NCBI RefSeq assembly: GCF_964188315.1
Contig: NC_135662.1
Coordinates: forward strand, 87,296,001 to 87,360,000
Length of the DNA stretch: 64,000 bases
From: Podarcis muralis
Taxonomy: Eukaryota
Direction of reading: 5' to 3'
This document shows positions 1 through 12,000 of this stretch, in pieces. Numbering within the stretch: the stretch's first letter is position 1; every line of letters begins with the position of its first letter. Under the pieces are notes generated by a model that was not told the DNA's origin, did not search any database, and saw only the letters and a list, made by a program, of their open reading frames with translations. A program made the position numbers and the translations under genes.

Positions 1-135
1 TAATATGAAATCGAAATATGGAATAGACGGGAGGTTGGGTCTTTAGTGTTAAGACCAAGTTTTATTGTTTGTTAAGAAAATTATGTGTCTATGGTTATTA
101 CTGTGTGTATTTGTGTTTTTTCTTTTTTCTTGTGT

Positions 136-138
<3 letters not shown>

Positions 139-192
<54 letters not shown>
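139..192. repeat. (AT)n microsatellite
   Basis: Uninterrupted AT dinucleotide run; it explains the YIYIYI ORF at 65-253. Confidence 0.97.
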
Positions 193-194
<2 letters not shown>

Positions 195-509
195 GTGTGT
201 GTGTAGTTTCTAGAGGGTCTCGGGTGCCATGCTACCTCTCCCATCCCCACTAGCAAAGGAATCCAGAATGGGAAAATAGACAAAACCTCAGAGGTGTGTG
301 GCATTACTTGGAGTACGTTGTTCCCACTGACTTCCCATGCGATCTGTCAAATCCTGCAGCATACAGATGGTTGCTGACACTTTAGGAAATAATGTTGTGA
401 TTTAACTGTGACTTTTCTGGCATGTGCTTTTGTAAACCAATAAAATCTTTAACAATTTTTTTTAAAAAAACACAACAACTGTGGCTTTTCTCTTTTCAGG
501 GTTTGCATC

Positions 510-1871
510 ATGCTCAGAACTCAGGCCTTTGTGTTCTCCCTTCTCCTGGGACTGGAACTCCCCAAAGCAAAAGCCAACTGTAACTTTACAGAGTCCCAAC
601 GTCACTGTGTTTGTTCACTAGAGGCGAATAACTTCATTCAGTGCCTTCCAGCCACCACATATGAGCTTCGAGGAGGAAATCTGGAACAATTTGCAGGTTC
701 TTCTGGAATGAAGCCAAACCCACAGATAACTGACATTCTGGAGGCCCTGCTAGTTCGCAAGCTCATATTTACAGACCTCATTGTGCCAGAGGTTCTCGTG
801 CCAGGGTCCCTGCAATTTCTTTCCTACACGCAGGTCTCAGAACTTGAATTTGTAAACTGTACTTTCCTTAGAGCCACTGACTGGAGCCTCAAAGGTGGGC
901 TGGACTTGAAGGTTTCTTCCTTGCGCTTTCACAAAGTGACAGCTGCCCCCCTGGATGACAGACTGAACATGTCCCGCCTGAGAAGGTGGCTGGAGACCCT
1001 GCAGAATCTGACAGTTACAGAGTCACAAGTCACATCTGTCCCGTGCGAAATTAGCAAGATGTTCACATCGTTGCATTTACTGGATGTTTCGGGAAACAAT
1101 TTCCAGGACCAAACCATGAAGTCAACATTCTGCGAAGGGGTTTTCCTGCAACTCCAAATCTTAAAACTCCACCATAACAATCTGACCTCTTTTGAGACTG
1201 TGTGCAAGACTCTTGGCCATCTCAAGATGCTCACTCACTTAGACCTAAGTCAGAATAACTTTCAGCCCCGAGTCTTTTCCTCCTCCTGCAGGTGGCCACA
1301 TTCACTTCAAATTTTTAATTTGTCCAGTACAGGGTTAGAGCAAATAGGTAGCTCTCTGCCACCCAACATTGAGATATTAGACCTGAGTGCCAATAACATT
1401 TTTACCCTTGACTTCTCACTCCCTGCCTTGAAAGAGCTCTACCTGTCCAAAAACAGGCTGCAAACTGTTCCCTCACTTGACAGGCTTCCTAGTTTGCAGG
1501 TCCTCAGTCTTGATCAAAACCAGATCTCACAGCTTCCCAGCAACCATCTCCTGCGTCTGCAGAGCTTGAAAGCTGGCCACAATCTCTACAATTGCTCTTG
1601 TTCAAGGGATATCCAGGACTTAGCAGCAAAACCATCATTACTGCCTGATTGGCCTCAGGATTATATATGCCATTCCCCTCTCAATTACCAGGGCTCCCTG
1701 GTAAAAAATGCACATTTTTCATCACTGCAGTGCAAGGCTCTGGTCACTCGTGGCTCAATATTCAACTTGCTGATATGCCTTCACCTTGTTTTTCTGTTTG
1801 CTTTCAGTGCTACAATTTCTGGACATTTTCTTTCAGCAATTCTGAACTGTTGGGAATCGTCAGGGAGCTAA
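510..1871 (+). CDS. CD14: CD14-like leucine-rich-repeat LPS co-receptor, 453 aa, single coding exon
   Basis: Signal peptide; CD14-type N-terminus (C-x8-C-x-C...QCLPATTYELRGGNLEQF); repeated LxxLxLxxN LRRs; LRR C-terminal cap; hydrophobic C-terminus; no TIR domain. Splice acceptor TCTTTTCAG at 491-499 lies just upstream, so a 5' exon probably exists. Position next to SLC35A4/APBB3/SRA1 matches mammalian synteny. Confidence 0.9.
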   Translation: MLRTQAFVFSLLLGLELPKAKANCNFTESQRHCVCSLEANNFIQCLPATTYELRGGNLEQFAGSSGMKPNPQITDILEALLVRKLIFTDLIVPEVLVPGSLQFLSYTQVSELEFVNCTFLRATDWSLKGGLDLKVSSLRFHKVTAAPLDDRLNMSRLRRWLETLQNLTVTESQVTSVPCEISKMFTSLHLLDVSGNNFQDQTMKSTFCEGVFLQLQILKLHHNNLTSFETVCKTLGHLKMLTHLDLSQNNFQPRVFSSSCRWPHSLQIFNLSSTGLEQIGSSLPPNIEILDLSANNIFTLDFSLPALKELYLSKNRLQTVPSLDRLPSLQVLSLDQNQISQLPSNHLLRLQSLKAGHNLYNCSCSRDIQDLAAKPSLLPDWPQDYICHSPLNYQGSLVKNAHFSSLQCKALVTRGSIFNLLICLHLVFLFAFSATISGHFLSAILNCWESSGS

Positions 1872-1986
1872 CAAGCAGATCACAATTGATTGTGGCATAA
1901 ATTAAGTGTAAGCTACTCGACTGGGCTAGATTGAATCGTATTTGTACATTTTGTACTGTATTTTATGATACTATTTTATGACACTG

Positions 1987-2185
1987 CCTGTGTGGTGTAG
2001 TGGTCAGACATGGGAGACCAGGGTTCAAATCCCCACTCTCAATTAAGTGTACTAGGTGAGCTTGGGCCAGTCATTATCACTCAGCCTAGGCTACCTCACA
2101 GGGTTGTTGCAGGGGATTAAATGAGGTGGGGGAGAACCATGAGCTTATTGGAGGAAAAGCTGGGTTATAAATGCAATAAAAATGC
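1987..2185 (+). mobile_element. tRNA-derived SINE (squamate type) just downstream of the CD14 stop
   Basis: A-box-like TGGTGTAGTGG and B-box-like GGTTCAAATCC, body CTCAGCCTAGGCTACCTCACAGGGTTGTTG, A-rich tail. Confidence 0.65.
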
Positions 2186-3197
2186 CTGCATAACAGGTGG
2201 TATATAAAAACCTCAATAAATAAATAAACTAGAAAATTAGAATTTGGGGTTGGGTATTGAATATTACTGGGCAAATGGTATGAGTGAAGAATTTGTAAAA
2301 AAAAATAAAAAATAAAGAGGGGGAGCAAGAGTATGCTTCAGTTAGAATATTCCATGTTGCTTTGACTGTAACTTTTCCCCTACCTGCTGAAACACAAATG
2401 TTATTTTTATTAAAAATTAACCACAGTCTTCCAACATCTTTTTAAAATAACCCCCTGTGCTAAAAACTCATAAATATTTACAATTGTTATAAAGCAACAA
2501 CAAAAAGGTAGAGTGTACATTTGATCTCCAGCTGCTTACAGATGCCATTTTTAAGAGAGAGATATATATAATTATCCCATACACTGCATACATCCCACAG
2601 AGCCTGCTCTAAGAGGGGTCATCCATGGATGTGGAAAACAGCGAGAGGCAATTTCCATATGCTCCACTCCTTCTCCAGTGCCGCTGTGATCTGAATCTCC
2701 CATGGCTGCATTTGCCATGTTTAAAAACCGTAAGAGACCCAGCCACCTATATGTCCAGTTTGGTCTTCAGAATCTTTTTCTCACTGTGGGGGAGAGGGAG
2801 GTGTACAAGTACAGTCAGCCTACTAGAAAACTAATAAATCTATTATAAACAGTTTAATAGGTTGTATGACCCTAGAAAGAAACCTTGGATGGGCCTTGGA
2901 TTAATATACTTTCCTTCCTTGGACCGTTGAAAATAAGATGTCATTATAAAATTGTATTAGCTATCCCATGTTATCTTGAAAGGTAATACTCTTTGTAGAC
3001 TTGAGAAGCTATATCTAATAAAATGAAAATTATAAAATAAAGAGGAAATGGGACAATGATTCTATGTTGGAAGTCAGCTAGAAGGTGTGGCTTTAGATCT
3101 TTTTAAAAAGCCTCCCTGGCTAGTTCAGATGCTGCTCCCTTTCTGCTGTGACAGGCTTCATTGCCTGGGGCTCAGGGGCTGAGCTTCAGAAGGCTTA

Positions 3198-3422
3198 CAG
3201 TGGTACCTCGGGTTACATATGCTTCAGGTTACAGACTCCGCTAACCCAGAAATATTACCTCAGGTTAAGAACTTTGCTTCAGGATGAGAACAGAAATTGC
3301 GCAGCAGCGGCATGGCAGCAGCGGAAGCCCCATTAGCTAAAGTGGTGCTTCAGGTTAAGAACAGTTTCAGGTTAAGAACGGATCTGCAGAACAAATTAAG
3401 TTCTTAACCCGAGGTACCACTG
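3198..3422. mobile_element. Tc1/mariner-superfamily MITE
   Basis: Perfect 18-bp TIRs CAGTGGTACCTCGGGTTA / TAACCCGAGGTACCACTG flanked by TA on both sides. A related copy in opposite orientation lies at 13380-13621. Confidence 0.9.
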
Positions 3423-4790
3423 TAATTAGGTAGGGCTCGGAGCCAACAGTTAGGAAGCAGTGAAAATTGCTTCTACACCATGCTGCTTTCTTCTGCAAAG
3501 TGCCCTTTTGCCATAGTTGCCATTGCCAAAGATTCACCATGCACGCTCTGAGTGCCACATGAGGCCAGAGTGGTATATGCCCCCATTACGTTCCATGTCA
3601 CCTGAATGATAATGGAGGGGTGGGATATAGGTCTTGGTCAGGGCCCAGGAGGCAACTGCCTCAGGCGGCAGGATCTCCAGGGGCAGCAGATCTGGCCTCC
3701 AAGGAATGCATCACTGTCGGCAGCGGTGGCTCCCTCCTTGTGGCTCACAAGCTCTGCCCCCTCCTCAGCAGTGTCCCCCATGCCTCCTCCACAGCAGACT
3801 CTTGACAAATAGGAGGCACTGCTGGTCTCCTCCTAACCCTAGGAAGGCCTCCTGGGGTCTTCACCCACCCAGAGTGATTCAGAGTGGGCCTTTGATTCCC
3901 ATTTCAACCATCGGGTAAGTTTGATTTGATCACCCCGTCCCTTTTTCCTGCCCTTCTTCCCAGGCTCTCAATAAATCTCAGTGGAAATGGTGTAATGTAC
4001 GCTACTGTTTTTCTGGGGCAACATTGCACAATAACTGAGTCATGATGTGGACTAAGTTCTGCTACTCAGTAGGGTTCATAGCTGTCAACGTTTCCCTTTT
4101 TTAAAGGGAAATTGCCTTATTCCGAATAGGATTTCCCTTAAAAAAAGGAAAAAGTTGACAGCTATGGTAGGGCTTATGGCCAACCACAGCCTATATGGAA
4201 TGTGCAAGCAGTTCCCATCTCTATGGGGTTCGTCTCTCTGCTCTAGGGCCACCTTTCACTTTCCAAACAGCATTGCTTTCACGTCTGCTTCTTTTCTCTC
4301 TCCCCTCCCCCAAATTCCAGAATGGGGAACAATCATGTTCTGGGCTATATCAAGGGAGTAGGGAGCATCATCCCAAAAATAAATTGCCCTTCCAACTTTT
4401 GGGGTTGGGGAAACAGGGGTTGCCTTCCTGGCTACAGAATGCTGAAATAACATTCCAGGAGTCTGGAAGCAGAGAAGCTATTCCGCTTGCAGGTTAAAGC
4501 AGAAGAATAAAGCTGTTTGCTGCCTAACTCTTCACACCCAGAAGCCCTAGCCAATGTTACCACAGGGCCAGTTAATTCTCTCCCTTAGACTGCCTGTCCA
4601 TTTCTTGCTGTCACTGCTAGGCCCCAATCTGCCCTTTCTAGTGCTTCAAGGACAGCTGCCAGGAAATGCCTGGGCCACAGACAGAAGGATTAAACATTAA
4701 CGGTAACCCTATCACTCTGGTAATGCTATCTGCTTCTCACAGCTCCCATGGGGAAAGCATTAGGCAAATAAGAGCGCAATACAGTCAGCC

Positions 4791-6029
4791 ATGGATGCTG
4801 GGCAGGTGGGTACTGCAGAGGGGAGCCCTGCATGAGCTAGTCAACATGCAGGGCGTTGTAGAGAACACTCTTTTTAGGGAGCTGAGAACTGTTCTGTCTC
4901 CACTGCACCCTGCTCAATGTTTCCATCTTCTGCTAGAGCTCTATGTTGATATTGATGTCCACCAGAATTTGGGACCTGGCTGCCTGGTTGCACATGCCTC
5001 TCCAAAACAGATTCCCAAGAACTGACTCTCACTGGCACCCCAAACTGAGCTGTCTCTGCTGTGTTTCCTTACAGGCTGAACAGGAAGTGCGTGTTCAAGC
5101 AGCTGTGGGAATTCGACAGATACCAGGTATAGTACTCAACAGCTGGAGAATGGGAACCCGCTTTCTTTGGGGATGGCTGCATAGCACCAAAAAACTTTGC
5201 TGTATCCTATTCTACACTATTCCTTTTTCATATTGGCGAATTACATATAAGCAACAATAACATTTAGGGGAAACAGAAACCTTCTCTGCAGCCTACAGTG
5301 AGGAACGACCTCTTCTTAGCAAGAATAAAAATGGCCTTGAGGAGTGACATGTACAGATGTGAGCAACGAGGGACTAGCAGGAGTTGGCAAAAGCTAATTT
5401 TCCTTGTCCCATTTTTATTGATGGCACTTTTTTGTAATAGTAAAGATTGTCTTCCATTTTGACAACCCCTTCCTGCTTTCAGGTCAATGCTGCCTTCTTA
5501 CCATTGCGGGCTGTCTTCTCCTCTATTTCCATATGTGGTGTGGGAATAAATGTCTGTTGCCTTCTTGATCCAAGAATGTCTTTAGCGAGTAGTTACTAGG
5601 TACTGTTGCACTTCACTTCTCAATCCTGTCAATCTTTATTATGATTAGAAAATCTAGCTGAAACACTCTGCCATTGGCCCTAAACCCCTTGGCTTCATGA
5701 TGTCACCTAAAGGACCCAGCGTCCTTCAGAGACCTTTACAGAAAAGGTTGTGCCTCTCAGAGATTCCAGGGAGCCTTTGGGGCTGAGAGATGGACTACAT
5801 GTGCTGAGGCTTCAGGGTTCTTGTAAGATGCTAAGGGGGAAATGGGTGTTCCTAAATCAGCTGCATAACTCTTGATTCAGCAGTTCCACAGCTAACCCTT
5901 TAAAATAGTTTCTCTGCCGCAACTTCCACTTTATCAAACTGCACGGCAATAGTAGGCCACAAGCTTAACACGAGTCAACAGTGTGATTCACTGTTAAAGA
6001 GAGGGGTTCCCCAGGGAAAGCAGTAGGGC

Positions 6030-6076
<47 letters not shown>

Positions 6077-9000
6077 AGCATTCAGACATGCAGCTTTAAA
6101 GTATAAACCTGTACTTAGAAAGCACAGGGCAAAGTGTGAGTGAGTCTTTCCTTGCTCTTAATCTCTCCTGAGATTACAGCCAAAGGCAGCATGTGCTGCA
6201 CATGTTGTCTTATGGAAATCATGTAGACTTTACCAACAAAGGTTTCATTCAGCAAAGGCCACTTTAAAAAAACCTGTATTGCTTTCAGGTTCTGCCCATG
6301 TTATTGCTTTGTATTGATTCTGGCTGGGATACTTAGGAGTCATTTCCACTTGATCTCTTTGTGAATTGCCCCATCCCAGATTTTTCTTCCCATAAGGGTG
6401 GAGAACCTTTAATTAATAACATTATTATTCAGAAATGATAATTAATAAAGTCTCTCCCTGTGCCCATAGGATGCTGAAGAATAAGGTGGCTGTATTTCTA
6501 ATTAGTACTCTTGCTTGATGTTCCTTCCAGGCTCATTGAAACAAGACAGCTTCCTGGTGGTGAACAAAGATTCTAACCGTCTGATATTCATTAGTAAGGC
6601 AGACAAAGGAGTGCAGGTGAGAAAGCTCCCAGAGCAGGGGTACCCTCCAGATATTGTTGTACTCCAGCTCCCATCGCCCCCAGCCAGCATGGCCAATGGT
6701 CAGGAATGATGCTGTTGTGTTCCCTAGCCCTAACCCCATTCAAGCACAGAGGAAGACACCTCTTGGAATGTTGCCAGCCCCTGAGTTCTTCCAGGCCATA
6801 AGGCATTGCCTTATCAGATTCAGAAGACTCACTCTCAGGGCAGTCTCCATCACCTCAATGTCATAAGAGTCAATGGCCCCAAAATAAGGCAGTGGCCCTT
6901 TTAGGCTACAGACAGCTCCTTTGAGCGGATAGGTCCAACTAGTTCTAGGCTAGCCAGCCTTCGGTTGGCTATGGGAGATCTGTGCACAGCTTCTTTCTAG
7001 ACGCAAGATACATTAGCCAGCTTTCTCACAGTGATTTGCCCAAGGTCCTGACCGCATCTGCCTTGTATGTATTATCCCGTGAACCAGACACTGACGACAA
7101 AGAAAGATGGGGAAATTACTGGAAGGATTTGAGAGAGACCTCAAATCTTCAAGCACTAATTGAGCACTGCTGTCTCTTTCCAGGAAGGATGCTTCACCAT
7201 TGATGGAGTCTTCAGTCTGGACACTGGGCAGGTACAACATACCCAGGATATTGTTCTGTGCAGCCCTTGCAATATATAACTTGATGATGTGCTGAGCTAG
7301 GGTGGAACACTTGGTGCACCAATTTTGATTTCTGACATGACAGCTTTGATTTCACAAATGAGAGCTAGTTCTTAGGAAATTTTGAGAGGTTCAAGTCCCC
7401 ACCACCACAACCTAGGGCAGCTGTTGTGGCAGTGAAGTCTATAAATTAATTTTGCACTGTGTGAAGAAATACCTTATTTTGTTTGTCTTTTCTGCCAATT
7501 AGTATCACTAGATGTCCTGAGTTCTAGTATCACGGCAGAGGGACTTTATCTCCACCATGCATAATTTTATAAATTTCCATTATGCATTCCCCGGCCTTTT
7601 TTCTAAGCTAAGCTAAGCTACTGAGCTTTTCTTCCATGTGAAAATGACAAATGTATTAGCATTAGCAGCATAATTTGTTGCAAACATGTTCCAAAATGAA
7701 TTTGGGGGAGGATGTTTTCACTAAATTTTTCAACATTTAATTTGTAAAAAAGAAAAAGAAAAAAAGGTTCATGCTGTACAGTAGGTTGTATTCAGGGAAT
7801 AAACCAGTAAAGAGGGCTTCGTTTTGTCAAGTGTCTGGAGCCCTGGTACCTAACCCAAGGCCTTATCTGGGTTGATATGCACTAATGCTGGGCATGCAGA
7901 TTATCATTTTTGTCCTTCACTCCAGGACAAGCTCTTCCTGGAGCAGCTGCAACCTCTGCTGGACATGGTGCCTTTGGGCTACAGTGTGTCCCTGCTGGTT
8001 TGTGAAGCCCATCACGACGGAACCCAGACACAGATTCAAGCCTTTGTCCAGAAGGTGAGGGAGACTTCTATACTGTAATATGTAGTCATTATGGAATGAA
8101 ATTATGAACAGGGGAGGATGATACTGTAGATGGCACCTGACTCTTAGAAAGAAGGATGCTGCCTATGAGAGCTTTGTTCTTGTTGTTTAGTCGTTTAGTC
8201 GTGTCTGACTCTTCGTGACCCCATGGACCAGAGCATGCCAGTTACTCCTATCTTCCACTGCCTATCGCAGTTTGATCAAACTCATGTTAGTAGCTTTGAG
8301 AACACTGTCCAACCATCTCGTCCTCCGTCGTCCCCTTCTCCTTGTGCCCTCCATCATTCCCAGCATCAGGGTCTTTTCCAGGGAGTCCTTCTCTTCTCAT
8401 GAGGTGGCCAAAGTACTGGAGCCTCAGCTTCAGGATATGTCCTTCCAGTGAGCACTCAGGGCTGATTTCCTTCAGAATGGATTGGTTTGATCTTCTTGCA
8501 GTCCATGGGACTCTCAAGAGTCTCCTCCAGCACCATACTTCAAAAGCATCAATTCTTCAATGATCAGCCATGAGAGATTACATGCAGTTCATTCCCCATA
8601 ACACTGGGGTGGGGAACCTCAGGCTCAGGGGCTGAATGTGGCCCTCCAACGTTCATCCCCAGTCCAAACCCCCCACTGGCCCAATAGCACTTTGCCAGTC
8701 TACACGTGAAAGGCTTCAATTCCATTGCACACTGAGAAACTCACCACAAATCAGCTAAAAGGGAGGGCAGCTCAGAAAACACCTGATTGCATTGTGGGCT
8801 GATAATGACACCATTGGGCTGCTTTGTAATAGGTGAGCAAATAAAGTACTGAACAACAATTCCAAAAGGATGCAAAAGCATCAGTTGTAAGCAGCCACTT
8901 GTGTATGCAAGGCATAAACTCTGATGAGTTGCATTTTTCTTTCTTTCTCTCTCCCATTTGTCTTCAGGTAATAGAATCTGTCTTGCAAGAAACTAGCCCT

Positions 9001-12000
9001 GCCAAAAATAGTACTCAGTACCTCCAAACCATCACCTTTGTCCAGGTGAGCATACCTTGCATAGGGTGGCACCAGCTTTATGCACTCAATGCTCTTCCAT
9101 AAAAACATTCTTGTAAGTTGCCTGTGTCCTCATTGCTGTGGCCCATGGGCCACTGTCCCAAGTATCTGTTTGTTCTGCAAGCCATGGAAGCTGTATTTTC
9201 ATTTTGACTGATGTGACTATAATAGTTTTTGCCCTTTCGGGTTTGCCATTGCCATTTTCCAGGGTTCATCCCAGTCACAGCTGCATTGATACTTTTCTCA
9301 CATCCATCCCATTTCAGATCTACACAGATGGAAAGGCTCAAGACCTCCTCAGCCCCAGAAGTCAAGTCCTGCAGGTGATGGACCTCCCTCCGCTGGGGCT
9401 GTAAGCATCCAATTCCAAGGCTATGGTGTTGGATTGGTCTTTGTTGAGGAGGAGAGGAAACATTAGCACAGAAAACAGAGAAGAATCTGGGATTTCACTT
9501 TTTATTACTCAGAGATCAGGGAGAATTTCACCCAATGGAACAGAATATGACAGGGCTGTTCAACAGTGGAATGGACTCCCTTGGGAGGTGGTGGACTCTC
9601 CTCCCTTAGAGGATTTTAAGCAGAGGTTGGATGCCTATCTGTCATGGGTGCTTTAGTTGAGATTCCTGTCTTGCAGAGGGCTGGACTAGATGACCCTTGG
9701 TGTCCCTTCCAACCCTACAATTCTATGATTCTGTGAATGGCTGGGGAGGGTATGCACAAGAGGGTATGACTGGATGGTATGCACAAGAAATTTAGTTCAG
9801 ACAGATTACAGTTTATCTAAGACATAAGGAATGTGGATATGTTGTTGGTTTTCTTGTCCTGGCACTTTCCCTAGGAAAATCTGTGTTTTACCACTGAATC
9901 GGAGCAAACAGCAATCGGGTTTTTCCAGGAAAAGTGCCAGGGTAAAAAAACAACGCCCACCATCATGCTTGACCATGGAGCTGTAAAGCTCGGACCTGTG
10001 CCTGGAAAGGGTGGCGTAAATTCTGGATGAGCCCTGAGTTTCTGAGGTACCTCTAACTGCCTAATTAAGATGCCTCACACTATCAACTCTCTCCATCTCT
10101 CTTTAGGATGGTAGAAGAAGCGACTGAAGTAGTTGTGGCCAATTCACAAGCTGCCACTCATTGCTACTTGCAGGGGATGTCGTTGCACCAAAGTTATTTG
10201 CAGGAATCTTTCCAGAAGCAGCACAAAGCAGCCATGTAAGGGCAGCAGAAAGGAAAGTGCTCTTTTGAGGGGAAGAGAGCAGCACACACAGCTAACGCTG
10301 CTCAAGATTCTGACATTCTCTCTGATGCACCTTCCTGAACTTGGAGATCTCCACTCGAGAGGCCGAATATTCTCCTCCTGCAATCTGTGCCACTTGAGTG
10401 CCCCTCAGAAGTGTACTGGCCAGATTTTGGCCTTGCTCACATATGTGCAGCTCATAAGCTGCTTGCTTGCATCATGGACGTGCAGTTTAGCTTCAGGAGC
10501 TGCACAGTCACTGGTACAATCACTACTCTTTGGTGGAAAGTTGAGACTAAGTCAGCCCACACACTTTTTCCTGGTTCTTCCTAGGCCAGGGGTGGCCAGC
10601 TTGGTGCCCTGCAGATTATCTGAATGAGAACTTCCACCAGACCCAGTCAGCATGGCCAATTAGGATGGCAGCTGTAGCCCAGAACATTGGGAGGGCACCA
10701 CATTGGCGTCTCCTGCACTAGGCCTTTGGCTTCTGTGACTTACGATCAAAGATTTGCTTTTTAAAGCATCATCATGTCTTGCTGAACCCCAAGGCTATTC
10801 TTACTCATGATGACACAAGAATACTTCCCTGCCAGTCCTTTCAGTTTGAGGAAGGAAAGAGCTAAGAACTTGCACAATGCCTGCTAGGAACGCCCCAGGT
10901 TTTACAGGAATGCCACAGCCGTTTCACGTGTTTTTAGAATGTACACAGCAGCATCCCAGCAGTGAGCTGCCCCTTTAACTTATACACATTCAACCTGAAG
11001 TTTAACAGACACCCGTCCATCCAAAGTTGTCTCTTCTCTGCACATTTGGGACCTTGCATTTCCAGGGTTCGGATCTTACTAATTCAGTCATGGGGCAAGA
11101 GGTGGGGTGCTATTGCTTGCTGGGACTGTGAGGGAGAAGGGCAAGGGAAGCACTAGGTTGGAGGTGAGGAGCACAGATACACACACACTAGTGCCCCCCT
11201 GCTGCCACCAGCCCACTGCCTTCTGCACCTGGCCTTGGAAAACAGTCATGCACTGCACTATAAAAAGAAAAAATCTGATCTGGGAGGTAATCAGTAGCTG
11301 AAGCTGTAGCAGTCCTGGTATGCCAAGGAGTTCCAGAGTATACCAGTCTGTCTGGATGAGGGATGTTGCTTAGGGAAGCAGTGTAGGATGAGGCACATCA
11401 ATATCTGGCAGAGACCTTTGCTTCACCCGACAGCAGAGCCGGCCCAGGGTCAAGGAATGGCACCATCAGGCAGTTTGTTGATCCACTGCCTATCATGCCA
11501 CTAACTCTATCTGCTTGCTGGCTTGTTTATGAGACACCTCATAAAATAATTTGTCTAGGGGGCTGTACATATAAAAGAGAACAAAAATGTAACAGTAAAA
11601 CCACACTAATAAAACCAAATTAAACTTAAGAGAATCAATCTCCAAAAATAGCACAGCTGTATTAAAAATAACAATTGCCCTTGCAGGTGAGAAAGGAAGG
11701 CAGGAAAGGAAGTGGCAGCCTTTTGTCCAAGTGACTCCAAATCTTTGCCTGGCTTAGAGAGGCACACACATTCATTCATTCATTCATTGACTGCTCTTTT
11801 GTGCAAATCTGGTATATATTAAAAACTTGTATTTCATTATTTTTCTTTTAAAAGGGGTGTGTTCATAGCTGCAAATGCATGTTTGGATACCCACAAAGGA
11901 ACTCAAGTGTTCCTTTGCATGTTTGGATACCCACAAAGGAACTTAGCAGCGACCCACATACATTTTTAAAACTACTCCTTTGTGCAAATCATATACAGTA

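Noticed and set aside
65-253. 62-aa ORF with YIYIYI run
   Set aside because: Translation of the (AT)n microsatellite.
3516-3529. RFX X-box-like GTTGCCATTGCCAA upstream of the kinesin-like gene (would suggest ciliary regulation)
   Set aside because: Three mismatches to GTTGCCATGGCAAC and about 1.3 kb from the ATG; too weak to call.
6533-6739. Minus-strand [15 protein letters not shown]... that looks protein-like
   Set aside because: Antisense to exon 3 of the kinesin-like gene, bounded by an upstream stop, with no splice partners or recognisable family.
9375-9400. Alternative donor CAG|GTGATG at 9375 for kinesin-like exon 7
   Set aside because: It gives phase 0, which hits TGA within seven codons of exon 8. 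The GTAAGC donor at 9401 keeps frame and the kinesin-like VMDLPPLGL segment.
11877-11943. 27-bp direct repeat with 40-bp period
   Set aside because: Only two units; a simple local duplication, not an array or CRISPR-like structure.
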